Shown: positions 1-35,066 of the stretch, piece by piece
Layout of the letters: every line of letters begins with the position of its first letter
How positions within the stretch are numbered: position 1 is the first letter of the stretch
Source of the DNA: Chrysomallon squamiferum
Taxonomy: Eukaryota > Animalia > Mollusca
Assembly (NCBI GenBank): GCA_012295275.1
Contig: CM022667.1
Span: forward strand, 8,122,001 to 8,186,000
Direction of reading: 5' to 3'
DNA: 64,000 bases
The notes under the pieces: model-generated
What the model was told of the DNA's origin: nothing
Database searches by the model: none
What the model saw: only the letters and a program-made list of their open reading frames with translations
Made by a program: the position numbers and the translations under genes

Positions 1-1076
1 GTTTAACAAACGTACAGATCATATGTCTCTTACACTTAATCTTCAGTTGCTTCAAGGTAATTTGTGAATATCTGTTTGTTTAATCTTTTGTTAGCAAAAC
101 TGGAAAAATTATTAATCAATACACACTGGTTTACCTATGACAGAAAGTTTTGTTATTTTTTATTACAAAAAAAAAAAAAAAATAAATAAATAAATATTTA
201 TTTTATTTTATTTTATTTTATATTATTTTTATATTATTATTTTTACTTAATTAATTACTTGCTTACTTACATACTTTAATTATTTATTTAGATTTTTGAG
301 ACTTACAAATGCAAAAAGAAATAATTAAAAATGTAAGAAAAAAATTCCATTCAACAGCTTGGCAACATCAGGTCCTTTATGATTTTTATTATTATTATTT
401 TTATTTTTTTCTTAGACAGCATATATCACAACTTGTGAATCATCATTACAGAGCAATGGTTAGAACAAGAAATAGTCTTAAGTATTTAATGAAGAAACCT
501 GAAAACAATTAATAATGTCTTAGGAGCACTCCTAAGTGTAACATGAGACAGCAATTCTCTAAAACTCAGTAGTGTTTGTATTTTCATCTATGACTTGACG
601 CCATCACTCACCAGGTGGCGTCTTGTTGCATAGGTACCCGACAGACTTTTTCTATTAATATATTTGCAGTGTTGTTCTCATATCTCTCTCTCTCCCCCTC
701 TCTACTCTAACACACACACACACGTACACGCTAATTAACTAATGATCTTATTTCAATCTCATATTTCAAAAAGTTACGTAATTTCTAAGAGGTTTTTTTT
801 CGTATTTTAGCGCGATGGATAAAAAGTATTTTCTAAATAATCTAAAATACCTGTCTATCGGTTAATTTTTAACTTTTTATTTTTTTTTATTATTATTATT
901 ATTATTTATTTTATTTTTTTTTTTTTTTTTTTTTTTCTCTGCCTTCTTGGAAATACTGTATTATTTGTTATGAATTATAAAAATTGTTTAACGCTAATGT
1001 TTTAGAAACTCTCTTTCAAATCTATATTTACATTCTACAGGTCTTGAGTCGGATCAGTGAATTCCTTTCAGCTAAA

Positions 1077-1232
1077 TGACGTCAGTCAATTGTTGACGTC
1101 GTATTTATAACGTATAAAAACCAAAACGGAAGAGTATATAAAAAATATAATATAATAAGAAGAAGAAGAAAATAAAAACCGATATTAAATTTCGTTTGTT
1201 TCCGTGTTTCATTTCTATGGTAACTGGTGAGT
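1077..1232 (+). promoter_or_regulatory. Putative AOAH-1 promoter and non-coding first exon
   Basis: CRE palindrome TGACGTCA 1077-1084, second TGACGTC 1094-1100, TATAAAAA 1113-1120 and a donor CTG|GTGAGT at 1226/1227. An acceptor (tttcag, ending 1994) lies 16 nt before the ATG at 2011, which suggests a 5'UTR intron. Motif evidence only. Confidence 0.45.
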
Positions 1233-1334
1233 ATTAACAGTTATTTGTATTGTCTTATTTGCATCCGGAAATTCAAGTTTCAATAATTCTTATACTGATT
1301 ATTATTATTATTTTTTTTAATTATTATTTTTATG

Positions 1335-1392
<58 letters not shown>

Positions 1393-2010
1393 TAAAACAG
1401 AAGAATACTTCATTGTGTATTAACATATAATTTTTAAAAATTTCGACAAATACCCCACAAAACTCATATCCTTGCCCCCCTAACTTTTTAACAAACTTAG
1501 ATTTAATAAAATACAGTTCCCTCGTTGTTATTTTGAATTACAGAAATATATATATATATATATATACTAGTATTTAGCTGTAGCCTGAATCATATTTTTG
1601 AAAAGCTTAAAGGAAAATGCAGACAGAAAGTTACTTTTCTCCTTTAGAATCAATAACAAATATTTTAGGTGTAAAACGGGGTCAAAGCAAATAGCCTAGA
1701 TATTAATCTACCAAGCGGGTACACGAGTGAAGACGTGCTGATTGATAGGAAGGTTTTTTTTTTTTGTTTGTTTGTTCGTTTTTTTTGTCATTACTTCACT
1801 TCAGTGTGTTTTTAAAGACATTATATACGTATGTGTGCGTATCTCTCTGTCAGTGTTTATTTCTAAAAGTCTTACATTTATCTCCCTTTTTCACCTTCAA
1901 CAATAACCGGGTAAAATTATCTGGTTCAAATCAAACAAAAATGAAAGAATGTCGCATGACGCTTAAATCATGTGATGTTCTACTCTCTTTTCAGTTTGCT
2001 GTCATTCGCA

Positions 2011-11961
<9,951 letters not shown>

Positions 11962-13447
11962 AATTAAAGACGAAATTTCAGCTTGAGCTAATTAATGTAA
12001 CAAAGCGATGGAATTAATTTATGAATGCAACCGGTGCTTAAATATGAAGAGTTTTTGAAATGATCATTATAATGTGTTCATGGTTAACAGTATTGTTTGA
12101 ACACTAATAATTGTTTTCATAAGTTTTAATAAATTTATATTTTCGTAAACGTTAATAAATTTTGAGTGTTGTTTTAAATGTTTGTTGTTCTTAATAAATG
12201 TTTATTTAATACACTAACGTTTAGTTATTATAATTTTTATTACAATTTGTTGTTCGAACTGAAGAATGACTTAAAGCGGATGTACTGCCTGCTTGCTACC
12301 GTATTTTCTCAGTAAAATTCCTAGTGGGTACGTTAGCGTGTTTTCAGGAGTAAGTATAAACATTCTAATCCACTACGTAACTTCTCATTTAAATCTCCAG
12401 CCTAATATTTACTAGCATCGTGCAGGATAAGTGTTTTAAAAATTAACTAATTCCAAGATAATTTAATTCCTTACGGACAATATAGAGAGGAAATACGGTA
12501 GCGTATTTTCAGATAACAATTATATTAATTAAGAGTTTTCTGTCTTTTAAAAAGTTATTTAACTTTGCCTATGAGCAGGCTTAAAAACGATTTGAAAAGC
12601 TGGCTAACAGCAATATATTAAAAATAAAACTGGAAACTGATTTAAAATGCTCTCGTTAATGATTACCGGTTACTTTTCGTAACGATGCCTCAAATGCAGA
12701 GTGAAAGAACAGAAACTGTAATGAAGGAATCGTTGCGTGACGTGAAGTCGGCTGCGTCTTGTAGAACGCTCGTTCGAGGCTTGATGGTTGCCAGATCAGT
12801 CACCTTTAGACTAACTCCATGTTTTGTACTGTTCTATTACTTCAGAGGAACTGCCTGTTTATTTAAGTCAGGCGATCAAAGCAAGGTTTGTTCTGTAAAC
12901 TACTGACAATATTTTAATTTAATATTCGAATTTTTGTTTTTTTCAAACATTTCTTTTTATTAAAACTGCATAATTATAATATTAAAATTTCTTTTTAAAA
13001 CATTCTGCGATTTAAATGACAGCTATCTCTCTTCTTCCACAAGTTTGCTAAATCAGGGCATGCTGGTAATAAAACGACCATTTTCTGCCAATAGTTCCAA
13101 ACTGATGAAAGCGATTTTTGCTACAACTGTTTTCATTATAAAAACACCATCATTACGTTTGACAGAACTGTTGAAAATAATCATTATTATTTATGTTTTT
13201 CTGGTCCAGCTGAGAGAAATGGTGTTTCAGTAATTATCTATTTGAAAGATTTCATCTTGGTCCATCCTGCCTGCCCCAGAATAAAATCCTGCCCCAGTGG
13301 TTTGTACATTATACACAGACTGTGTTACTCAACAACAACAACAACAACAACAAATAATAATAATAATAACCTAACGTTTAATAAATAACAAATCTAATTG
13401 AATGCAACACTTAGTTAATTGATTATATTATTACTACTACTAGTAAA

Positions 13448-13500
<53 letters not shown>

Positions 13501-13996
13501 GTTAATAACAAAAATAATAAGTTAAAAAATAAAGTTTGAATGGACTAAAATGAAAACTGGAATGTATTTGTACAATATAGAGGTATCTCAGTTATTACAA
13601 CTAATATTGTAAGCTAATTAATTTACATCAAAATTATTTAACAATATTTAAGAGAAATAAACGTTAAATATTCCATTTTGTCACCGGAGTATTTTCCACA
13701 AATTACCCAAACAAATAAAGAAAGCGGCAGACAGTGAGACAGGGACAGACAGAAAGACAAAAAGATACAGAGACACGGAGACAGAGAGCGAGGTAGTTTA
13801 AATACCAAACAAAAAGGTTTTAAAGTTAAATATTATCAAACACACAATACTGCTAGATTAAAACATGTATAATACACAGTTTAGACATATACTACCACTA
13901 TAATAATAATAATTCAAAAATGTATTAAACATCAAATAATATCAGTAAAATAAATACTTTGGCACAACATGAAATCGTCATGGAGGTTATCACAGC

Positions 13997-24620
<10,624 letters not shown>

Positions 24621-24960
24621 CTTCGTACGACAAGGATAAACTTATCTGGTGTCACAGCTGAGAATAGAACACCTTTGTCACTTCCCAGCTCGAGTACAGC
24701 GACGTGTTCATTGGCTGAAATAATACAGGGAAGTATTGGATCATGTAGACTGATTCGGTGTGGGTTTTTCACATGATCCACTAACTTTTTTTAATTATTA
24801 TTATTATTATTATTATTTTTTTTTTTTTTTTTTTTTTTCAAACTATTGGTGTGGACGAAACTGAACACACACACACATACACATACACGTAGCACATATA
24901 TACAGTTATTTAGTTTTATTATTGTTGTTGTTTTGTTAGTTTTGTTATTATTATTATTGT

Positions 24961-24996
<36 letters not shown>

Positions 24997-25216
24997 AATA
25001 TCATTATTATTGTTATTATTATTGCCCTTGGTGTCACTGATATTATTATTTATTATTATTAATGTTGTTATTGTTGTTGCTGCTGATGCTGCTACTGCTG
25101 TTGTGTTATTGTTATTATTTGATTTTTATGCAGCATTTAATCAGGAATATACATCATTCCATAAAAATATTTCCTACCTCAATAAAACACGTAGTTTACA
25201 GTAATTTAGATATATA

Positions 25217-25937
25217 CAGTATTCCCTCGCTATTCGCGGGGGTTACGTTCTTTACCCCCCCGCGAATAGCGAAAAACCGCGAATATTGGATGCAGTTTTA
25301 AAACGTCTATTATGAGATTATATACGGTACTAAATGCTTCCCAAACACTTTCTAAAGACACTCTTACTCATTAATACAGTAATAATGTAGTAATATTGCA
25401 TGCAGTTATGTATTTCACTAATGTAGTAATGATAATGTAAACACATTTTAATTTTGTACTGAAACAATATTTTAATCAGAAAGAAACGTAAGTACAGGAG
25501 GACAGTAACACCGCACAGCATAGTTACCCATACTGTATTACTGTACCGTAGTCATTTTCTATGCGTACAACATTTGTATTAGAATTGACAGAAAGTGGAA
25601 CAAATTTAAAGGCAAACAGACAGATAAATACAGTACGCACAGTTCAGGTAATAATAATACAATTCAGTAATAATATGCAATTAAAAACATTATTAATACA
25701 CGGTCACAAAAAATATGCCCTGTACATACAGTGTATGCATTTAAAAAAAAATACGTACTGTATTGCAATAATAATTGAAAAAATTTGATATTGTTTGTGC
25801 GGTTTACCGAGCATTTGTTTTTATGACGTTATGACGCTCGCCTGGTATACCAGCATACGATGCGATAGGGTTAAGAGCCTAACCCGCGAATATGCGGGGC
25901 CGCGAATGGGGAACCGCGAACAGGTGAGGGTATACTG
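25217..25937. mobile_element. Non-autonomous Tc1/mariner (pogo/Tigger-type) DNA transposon (MITE), 721 bp
   Basis: Left end CAGTATTCCCTCGCTATTCGCGG; the right end reverse-complements to CAGTATACCCTCACCTGTTCGCGG (imperfect ~23-nt TIR). TA flanks both sides (25215-16, 25938-39). Subterminal CCGCGAA repeats and a hairpin are present; no transposase ORF. Confidence 0.85.
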
Positions 25938-28900
25938 TACTACCACTTTCTTATTTTGTATTGTACAGGTGATTTACAATCGTTAGACAGACAGACAGAA
26001 ATAAAGACAGAGAGAAAGATAATAAAATAATAAAATGAAGAATGATTCACTGTAATTAGATTAGATACAAAGTGCATATACAAATTTATTTATATTTAGT
26101 GTGTGTGATTGAATATTTATTTATTATCAGAGTACATACATACATACTGTAACAGTAGGAAATATGCATGTCATAAATACGTAAGGGCACAAAACGACTA
26201 TCATTAAAAAGAAATTTACTTCCTTTTCTTTTTTTCCACTGTACCTTTGACAAAAAGTCTCAGAACATTATGTTTATTCAGCACGTGAGTTGGGTTTATG
26301 ATCTGGCTACAGGAACACCGATTACTTATTAGTAGTAGCTAGTATTCACATTTAACAATGTTGGATTCTTGTTAAATTTTGTTAGCGTTTCTTTTGATTT
26401 GAGTTAGATGTAATACAGTTATTATTAAAAACGTATTTAAGATCTACATAAGTGTAGGATGATTTTTTTTTTTTTTTTTTTTTTTGTAAAGACTATTTCC
26501 AGTAGAAATGACATCGTCACTCTTTCTCTCACATCAACAAACTACTAATAAATATATTTTTATTTAAAAGGTTTCAGGATAAATTTTCCAACTAGACTAT
26601 TTTCAACAAGACAACATCTCTGTAGTATAGAAGACTTACATGTGGCAGATATATTTTTCCGTTTATGGAAAAAGAAAAACTCCTTGCTGCAGCTTTTCGT
26701 TTGTTTGTTGTTGTTATTTTTGTCGATTCTTTGTTTGTTTTTTTTCTTTCTTTGTCGGCGTATTATTATCCGTGTGGTTTTCAGCAGTAAGCACGAAGCT
26801 ACATGAATACAAATTAAAATGCGTTGAGCTTTTGATAAATATTTATTCCTTGGGTAGAATCTCCAAGCTTTTTATCAACTAGGGAATGGGAAATACATAA
26901 AGTGCTCCAACCACGAGCAACCAGCATTATTATGAACATTATGTAAAATAAACATAGAACTAAGAAAACTATTTTTTGGTAATAATATTTATTAAACATT
27001 TATAAAAATGGATCTGATATATATTTTTTAATGCAGCATAATCCTCTACTTTTTTTTTTTAATGTAATAATAACAGTTATGTTCAAGTGACAGCTATAAT
27101 GTATTTTGTGCTGAAAAAAAAATTCAATATCTACTGTATTTAAATCTACAGAAAAAAATTAGTATTTATATATAAAATTTATTAATTTTGAATAAAACCT
27201 TATTTTGGAGGAAACTGAAACTCTCTTAAAATTGTTACTTACATGTTATCATAACATTTAAAACCATTATAATAGTAACATTTCAAATTACAAATTCATT
27301 TATAAATTAAGTATTAATCACAATAATGGATAAATGTAAACTTTATAATTTCTTTATCAGCAATACAACTTGTGAATGTTTCAGTCACACATTTTAAAAC
27401 TTATTTACAGCTTTCTGTCATGAAAATCATGTTAATTTTTTTTTACATAAAACACATTTTACCTGTATAATTTGCACCAACAACACACCATAAAAAATTT
27501 AACCATAATTTTTTTATTATTCCTCTGTCATTTATCTTTTTCACGCTTGTATCATGCATTTACAGATAAACAAATAATTTAATAAGACGTTCAACGTCTT
27601 CAATGTAAATAATGTGACCTTCACACTTGTAAAAATAAAGCTGAAAACCTTTGTATGGGAATGTATTAAAACTTATTTACAAACAAAAATTTCAGTTGTT
27701 GTCAGAAATCTCTTTGACAACTAATAGACACAAATTTCATTTTAATCTGGAACAATTGGGAAAATGTTTCTAACAATTCTTTCAAAATTCTGATTAATTC
27801 ATTCAAAACCATCACTGTTATTTAGTGTATTTAATGATTATTTTTTTAAATATTTAATTTTAATTTGATGTGATTTAGAAACATTTTTTCAAACAATTTA
27901 ATCTATTCAGAACAAAAATACACTTGAGATATTTCAAAATAAATTTAATTTTAATTTGATACAATTTGAAAAATCTTTTTAATAATTTATATAAAACTAT
28001 GATTAATAAAAAATGTAATTAGTATATTTTTAAAATTTATTTTGTTTAAAAACACTTGTGAAAAACCTCTCTCTTTTTGGAAACTGTTTTAACACCTTAT
28101 TAGTTCACATATATCAAATTTTCACCAACAAAGACTTAAAATTTAAAAATGTAATTGTAAATATTTTGAAAATGTTCTGACAGGTATTAAGGAATATCTC
28201 TTATAAAACTGCATTATTAAAAATGTGTTGCAGTAATTTGAAAATAAGACAAATTAATTTGTACATATTTGTATCAATAACAAAAATGTTAAGTTAGTGA
28301 TATATATATATATATAAATATTAAAATGTTTAAAAAATAACAATAATAATAATAAATAAACAAATATATAAATCAGTTCATATCTTGTACTAAACAATAA
28401 GTCATAGAGATTAATAATATTAAGTACATCAGCACAGTAATCAAAGTAGGTGGGAGACAAAATCTGGTGGCGAAGTAAACGATATTTCACATATATAAAA
28501 AAACTAAAAATCCATTTCACAGTAATATAAAATATTATATTTTAATGTATGTATGAAAATTTATTTGACAATAATACCATTATTGTATGTTAATATTGTA
28601 TGTATGAATATCTATTACACAATAACACAATATTATATTTTAATATTGTATGTATGAAAATGTATTTTACAATCAAATTTCATGTGGTTAATCAGTAACT
28701 AGCACTTTTGTTTGAATGAGTAAGCATGCACAAATGAATGCATGTACACATGGACACACAGAAAGATACATATATACACTGATATTTTTTTTTTTCAGTT
28801 TGCCGCAGAATTGCAAACATTATTAACTAAATGTTTTTAAGTGCTGGGCTTGACAAAAGTGTCTTAACCTAACACCAATAATAATAATAATAACAGTAAC

Positions 28901-29776
28901 CACAACAACAATGTTAATAATGATAACAATAGAGTTAATAAAAATATTCAAAGTGTAGTATTCCATCTGTAAGTGAACTTCTATATTACATCAAATTTTC
29001 TTATGATGATAAAGAAATGTTTGAAAATAATTCAAAACAAATCACTTGGGACATTTAAATAATCATTGTCTGTGTATTTGTCTCAGTGTATGTACATATG
29101 TACGTGTTTCTGAGTTTATATATGCATTTAAACTATGCAATATTGTATCAGCTTTTTCACTGATGATTAAGAAAAAATCACATTATCACTGATATTTATT
29201 TTTATTTTAAGCGATATAAAAAAGCAGTAAAAAATTTCTTACTGTATTGGGACATAGTAAAGAATACTAAAATATTCTATTTACATTTTTCCACACTTGC
29301 TAAGAAGCACAAAAAGCCAGAATATACATGATACTTTCAAGTTTTTCTCCTAATTCTTTACTATTAACAAGCTGATAGGACCAATATTTAATAAAATGAT
29401 ATGTGAAAAATAAAAATAAAAAAAACCATTCAATTTTATGAAAAGAAGAAAAGTAATAAAAAAGGTAACTATATACAGTTTGTCAGGAATTTATCTGTAC
29501 CAAAAAAAAAAACAAAAAAAAACAACAACCTAAAATAGAATTAAAAAATCCACTCTCTGTGTATTCTCATTTTCTTGTTACCATCTTAATTATTAGTATA
29601 AACTGATTAAAAAAAAAAAAAAGTCTAATAACTTGAAACAGACAAAATATAGATTTACCATTTTTTGCATATCACAAAAATAAACCCACACACTTAAAAA
29701 ACAGTTTCATCTGATCCTTTGGTCTGCTGTTCTGCTGTTCTGCTGTTTCAAGCTGTCAGAAGCTGCTGTTTCACCT

Positions 29777-32700
29777 TCATGATATGCCAACAGGAAAACT
29801 TGTTCTGATGGAATAATAACAGCAAGCTCGGATCACCATTGATATTCCCACAATGAATGCACCTGAAACCACAAAAAGTTTTCTTTATTTTTGACAATTC
29901 ATAAAAGAATAGTTGTCCACTAACAATTTCATCCACGTATTTCTAGACACCAGTGAAACAGATGACGTATATATTTATACTTGTTTATTTATGTCACATA
30001 CCTATCCAAACAACATAAATTCCACCATAATTCTCTGATGCAATCATAGTTCCAGCCTGAAAAAAAAAAAAAAACATTTAATTTTGTTTTGTTTTTTTTG
30101 TATTTTGATGAATAGAAAGTTTAAAATGTATTCTAATTTAATAAAAATGTATTTTGATCATTGCAGTTTAAAATAAACTTTTATGCTTGTACCACTTTAC
30201 CTATGTTGTATAAAATGAATTAAGCTTGGAAGATTTAAATTTTTATTTAACTATTTTGTGAAACAGGACATTTTTAACATGAAAATCATGACATGAATTA
30301 GTAAATTACATACCGTGACTCCAATTCCAGCAAGAATAAAAAAGATTCCAATGGATAAAAATATGTGACCTCTTCTTTTTGCATAATTATTTCCAACAGA
30401 TGATCTGAAATATTAATAATGCAACCTTTAAAACAGAATAATAATGTGATACACTTAAAATAAAGTTACTATTTTAGAGGAAAGTTATTAAGGCCAGAAA
30501 TTTCTCTGTCATGCTAAATGTTTGGATTTAGATGAGTTTATCAAAGAATGATTACTAATATTTGTAATGTAATGAACTGATATAAATTTCTAAAACTTCA
30601 TGTTAATAATGAAAAACTTACAGTTTTCTGCAGTGAGGACATCGGGCTAAGGTGCGTGAATTTACCTCAAACTGAAAACATAAACCATAATGCAGATGAT
30701 AAAAATAACTAACAAGCAAGTATTTTTATGTTCTCCAAATATCACATTCTTTAAATAATTCATTGTGTCTCAGTTTGTTTGGTATTTTATGATGCTATTA
30801 TTATTATTATTATTATTATTGCTTTCTGTGTTTGTGTGTGAGAGTGCGCAAGCGTGTGTGTGCAAAGACAAAAGTTATAAATGTAATACATATTTCAAAA
30901 GAAATGTAGACACAGTGACAATGTATTTTAAATAGCTACAAAGTCACGCACAAACATAGTTTTGTTGATAAGAAACATCTCTTATTGCTGTAACAGTTGT
31001 CTGTTGATATTGTTCTTATCTGTGAGGCTATCCATCACTTCTCATAAGTTTTCACACCAGACTACTATATTACAAGTAAAAACAACTAAACATACGACTG
31101 AAAACACTAACCTGCTCATGTCAGTCAGCACAGAGCTTTCTGTTTAACATAAACTACTCTAAAATACAATAAAATTATATCTTTTCATGTAATAACGTAA
31201 TGCTTTTCTTTTTACACAAATGTTTTAATTCTAAACTTTTTCAAACAAGATGAATACCTGTACTGCCTCTACAGCTTGCTAAATCACTGCAGCAGTGAAA
31301 AAGATAGAGTGACAGTGATTAAAGTTATGTCAGACTTACTATAAAGATCTGCCTGCAGTAAGCACAAGAAATTCTTCCTGACCCAGGAGATCGGATGCTC
31401 ACTGACGGAATTCCACTCCCCAGGTTTATCACACGTCGACTGCAGAAAAAAATTAAATTTTTTATTTGACACTCACAGACTGATAAACACTTTTTTATAT
31501 ATGTGAAAGTGAAAAAAATTAACATGCTAATCAGAGCAAGCTGGTGTGAAGCACGTTTTTTTATATATACCTAATTAGATTATTTATACTTCCAAGTTAT
31601 TATTTTATTGTTTTGTAGTGACCCATAATAAAACATGGCAGTAAAATAATACTGTATCCTTAAACTGTACTCTTTGATTATTTACTTTATTATTATTAAA
31701 CACTGAACATTAAAGTTAAAATCTACCTTTGTATTAAACACAATATATTTAGACTATTTTTTTCTATCACCAAAGGAACACTTTAATTTACATTTTTAAT
31801 AAACAGATACAAAGAATCATACAAGTATTTAAGTCAACAGAACAGTTATTAATAATAGGAAACAAGCAGACATTAAACTCCTTTTTTTTTTTTTTCCAGT
31901 AACAAATGTTCTTTTCTATAAAACCTACCCATGGCTAGGAAAGAACATACGACCAATGAGAAATGTTAATGTTTAAATTTCAAATCCATTACTAATATTG
32001 CTGAGTAATGAAAGACAGATTTTTGTTTTTTTGTTTTTTTTAAAGATTAGTATGAAAACTTGTTTTACAGGATCTTGAAAAGAAAGAAAGAAGTTTACCA
32101 GTTCTGTCGAGGGCATGCTATTCTCTGAGCAGAACTTCGACAAATGAGCAGACAGTTGCACGGACACCTGACATACTTCTTGTCTGGAGGAGCAGCTTTA
32201 ATTGGCTACAATAACCCAAAAAAATAAATTAACTGTAACTGAACTGACATTTTGCTTTTAATAAGATGTTATTATCACATCTAATATCAATAAACAAATA
32301 TTTTAATACATTTTTAAAAAAGTATTCCAAATTTACTGTGTTAATGTATTGGTGACATATCTAAATTACTTGTGTTAATGTATTGTTATATATTAATAAT
32401 GTATCAGTGTGTTTATATACTAATGATATATTTATTGTGTTTGTGTTTATATATTAATAATGTATCTAACTGTGTTTATATATTAATAAAATATCTAACT
32501 GTGTTTATATATTAATAATGTATCTAACTGTGTTTATATATTAATAATGTATCTAACTGTGTTTATATATTAATAATGTATCTAACTGTGTTTATATATT
32601 AATAATGTATCTAACTGTGTTTATATATTAATAATGTATCTAACTGTGTTTATATATTAATAATGTATCTAATTGTGTTTATATATTAATAATCTATCTT

Positions 32701-34654
32701 CCTGTATTTATATATTAATAATGTATCTAACTGTGTTTATATATTAATAATGTATCTAACTGTGTTTATATATTAATAATGTATCTAACTGTGTTTATAT
32801 ATTAATAATGTATCTAACTGTGTTTATATATTAATAATGTATCTAACTGTGTTTATATATTAATAATGTATCTAACTGTGTTTATATATTAATAAAATAT
32901 CTAACTGTGTTTATATATTAGTAATGTATCTAATTGTGTTTATATATTAATAATGTATCTAACTGTGTTTATATATTAATAATGTATCTAACTGTGTTTA
33001 CAATGATATATCTGACTTACTGTGGCTTCATGACAGACAGAACATTTGACAACGTGAAGATGAAGTTTTCCCTCAATGTTGATCATGGCTTGACATATTT
33101 TACAGTTGATCATTGGCAACCCTCCCTGGGGTGTTGCCGTGTATGGTGGGGGCAGTTCATCTGGAGAGATTGGTGACACAGTCACTTGCTGAGTATCTGC
33201 AGACACTGAAAACAGATTTTCTTACAGTATGATATTCAGTTTTGTAATAAAAACATATCAATCACTGGTTAAGTCAGTTGACACCAAACACCAAACACAA
33301 TACACTCTGCTTGTTTGTATGTGTATACTTTCATGCTTTTATATATTTTTCTACAAGCACTGAAACAGTTATGACAAAATTCATGTATTGCAATAATTTT
33401 AAAGAATTTTAAAGACAGAACAAAACTGGATGTCAGAGATAGGAATCTGCCAATGAATCACTTGTTTCTATTTCATCATTATTTTTACATAATTTCAAAA
33501 ACTTACTGTGTCATGACATAGTATACATATTTAGCTTCATCATAGTATTTGTTTTTTTTCAACATGTTGTCTTTGATAAATGGAGAATCAAACAGACAAA
33601 TTTACCTTTTCAAAATGATCATTATGTGTCCATGGTAAGCTTATATGAGACTTTAAATCATATACAAATTACAAATTATGCATTTCTCTGCCAAATAACA
33701 AAATAAGTGGTGTTCTAAGAAAATTACACAAAGGAAAAAGACACGACATCTTACAAGTTTGAGGTTTTATTTATCTTACTGAGTGACCTGAGTATTTGTG
33801 TGTCATAATGCAAAGAATATGTGGTATGATGCTTCTAAACCTATCACAAACTATTTTCAAATACAATTCATGCAAGATCTGTATAATGAAGGCATGAGGC
33901 AAATTAACACAAAATAATGCTATTAATTAACTGGAAAAAATTAAATATTTAAATGTGTAAAGGCCCCTACAATTTATCAAAACATTTTGTGCTGACAGAT
34001 TACTAAACTTTTACCAATTCACTGTTTTTGCAATTAATTATGATTTTGTATATTTGTTCATTAAAATATATTTTTTTAACCTTAGGTTTTACATTAATGT
34101 ACGTGTAATTTCGTCTGAGACATCAATGCCATAATTATACTCCCCAAGTGAATTTGCTCCCATTTCACAAAGAATTAGTATATATATTTAAATTGCTGAC
34201 TAAGATGGTGGTGCTTTAGACATATTAGAGTGGCTGGGTTTACAACAATACTAATAGTAATAGTAATAATGACCGTTTATGAGTTTATCATTTTATATCA
34301 ATTTGCCGAAAATAATGCAAGAAACTGTGTCACCCAGGTATTAGACTTTGGATTATAATGTTATGACTTCAGAAATGCTTTCATAAATCGTTGTCTCCGA
34401 GAGTGACAAAATACCGTAGCAAGAGGTCAGATGTTAAGGATAGATCAGATTTACGTATCGTCGTATTTAACTAGCAATTAATTGTGCATAAACAAAAATT
34501 AAATAAAATAATAATTAAAATAAAATTTGTGTCAAAAGACAATAAATAATAATAAAAATCGAGTGGATTTACCAGCATATGGTGGTGGTGGTTCTGTATT
34601 ATCATGGACGGTATTTTCTTTCAAAAGCGGCGTTCTTTCTTCCTCCTCCGCCAT
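29777..34654 (-). CDS. PIP4P1: Phosphatidylinositol-4,5-bisphosphate 4-phosphatase (TMEM55/PIP4P1/2 family), 8 exons
   Basis: Exons 34654-34573, 33205-33021, 32205-32099, 31439-31340, 30671-30622, 30404-30314, 30056-30002, 29862-29777. N-terminal ERTPLL dileucine motif, PPPY motifs, CKIC...[35 protein letters not shown]5R (CRSSAQR), [13 protein letters not shown] and two C-terminal TM segments. Cannot distinguish PIP4P1 from PIP4P2. Confidence 0.93.
32340..33000. repeat. 29-nt minisatellite, about 20 copies
   Basis: Unit aatgtatctaactgtgtttatatattaat (period 29: 32463, 32492, 32521...). It fills most of PIP4P intron 2 and starts about 20 nt from the donor. Confidence 0.92.
33978..34138. repeat. 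Dispersed repeat copy A (PIP4P intron 1)
   Basis: caaaacattttgtgctgacagattactaaac...ttttttaaccttaggttttac...tgagacatcaatgccataatt matches 44679-44920. Confidence 0.75.
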
Positions 34655-35016
34655 CTTTACTTCTGTCTGGCTTTTGAAGTCATGTGATAGTTGACATCAT
34701 GTGACTTACTGACACTGAAATGGTACTGAAGACATACAAATTTACGTTTATCTTTGGGATATTTTGAAAATGCATTTATTGGTGTCGTGTTAAAAATAAT
34801 GTGTAAACACTATAAATATCACACGACAGTCTTATCTGGACTTAATCAGCACGTGCCGATCTCATGATTGTCAATATACGCCTGTAAATAAACGTGGAGT
34901 TATAAATAAATGATATATCACCAGAAGAAATATTGTAATTGAAATAATCTCATCGATAGACCATTTGGTTCTTATTTGCTATATTTAACGACTAAGTCAA
35001 TAGTATTATATATTTA

Positions 35017-35066
<50 letters not shown>

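Noticed and set aside
26000-29700. Long AT-rich stretch with several 60-88 aa ORFs
   Set aside because: No coding signature or consistent splice pattern. Probably PIP4P 3'UTR plus intergenic DNA.
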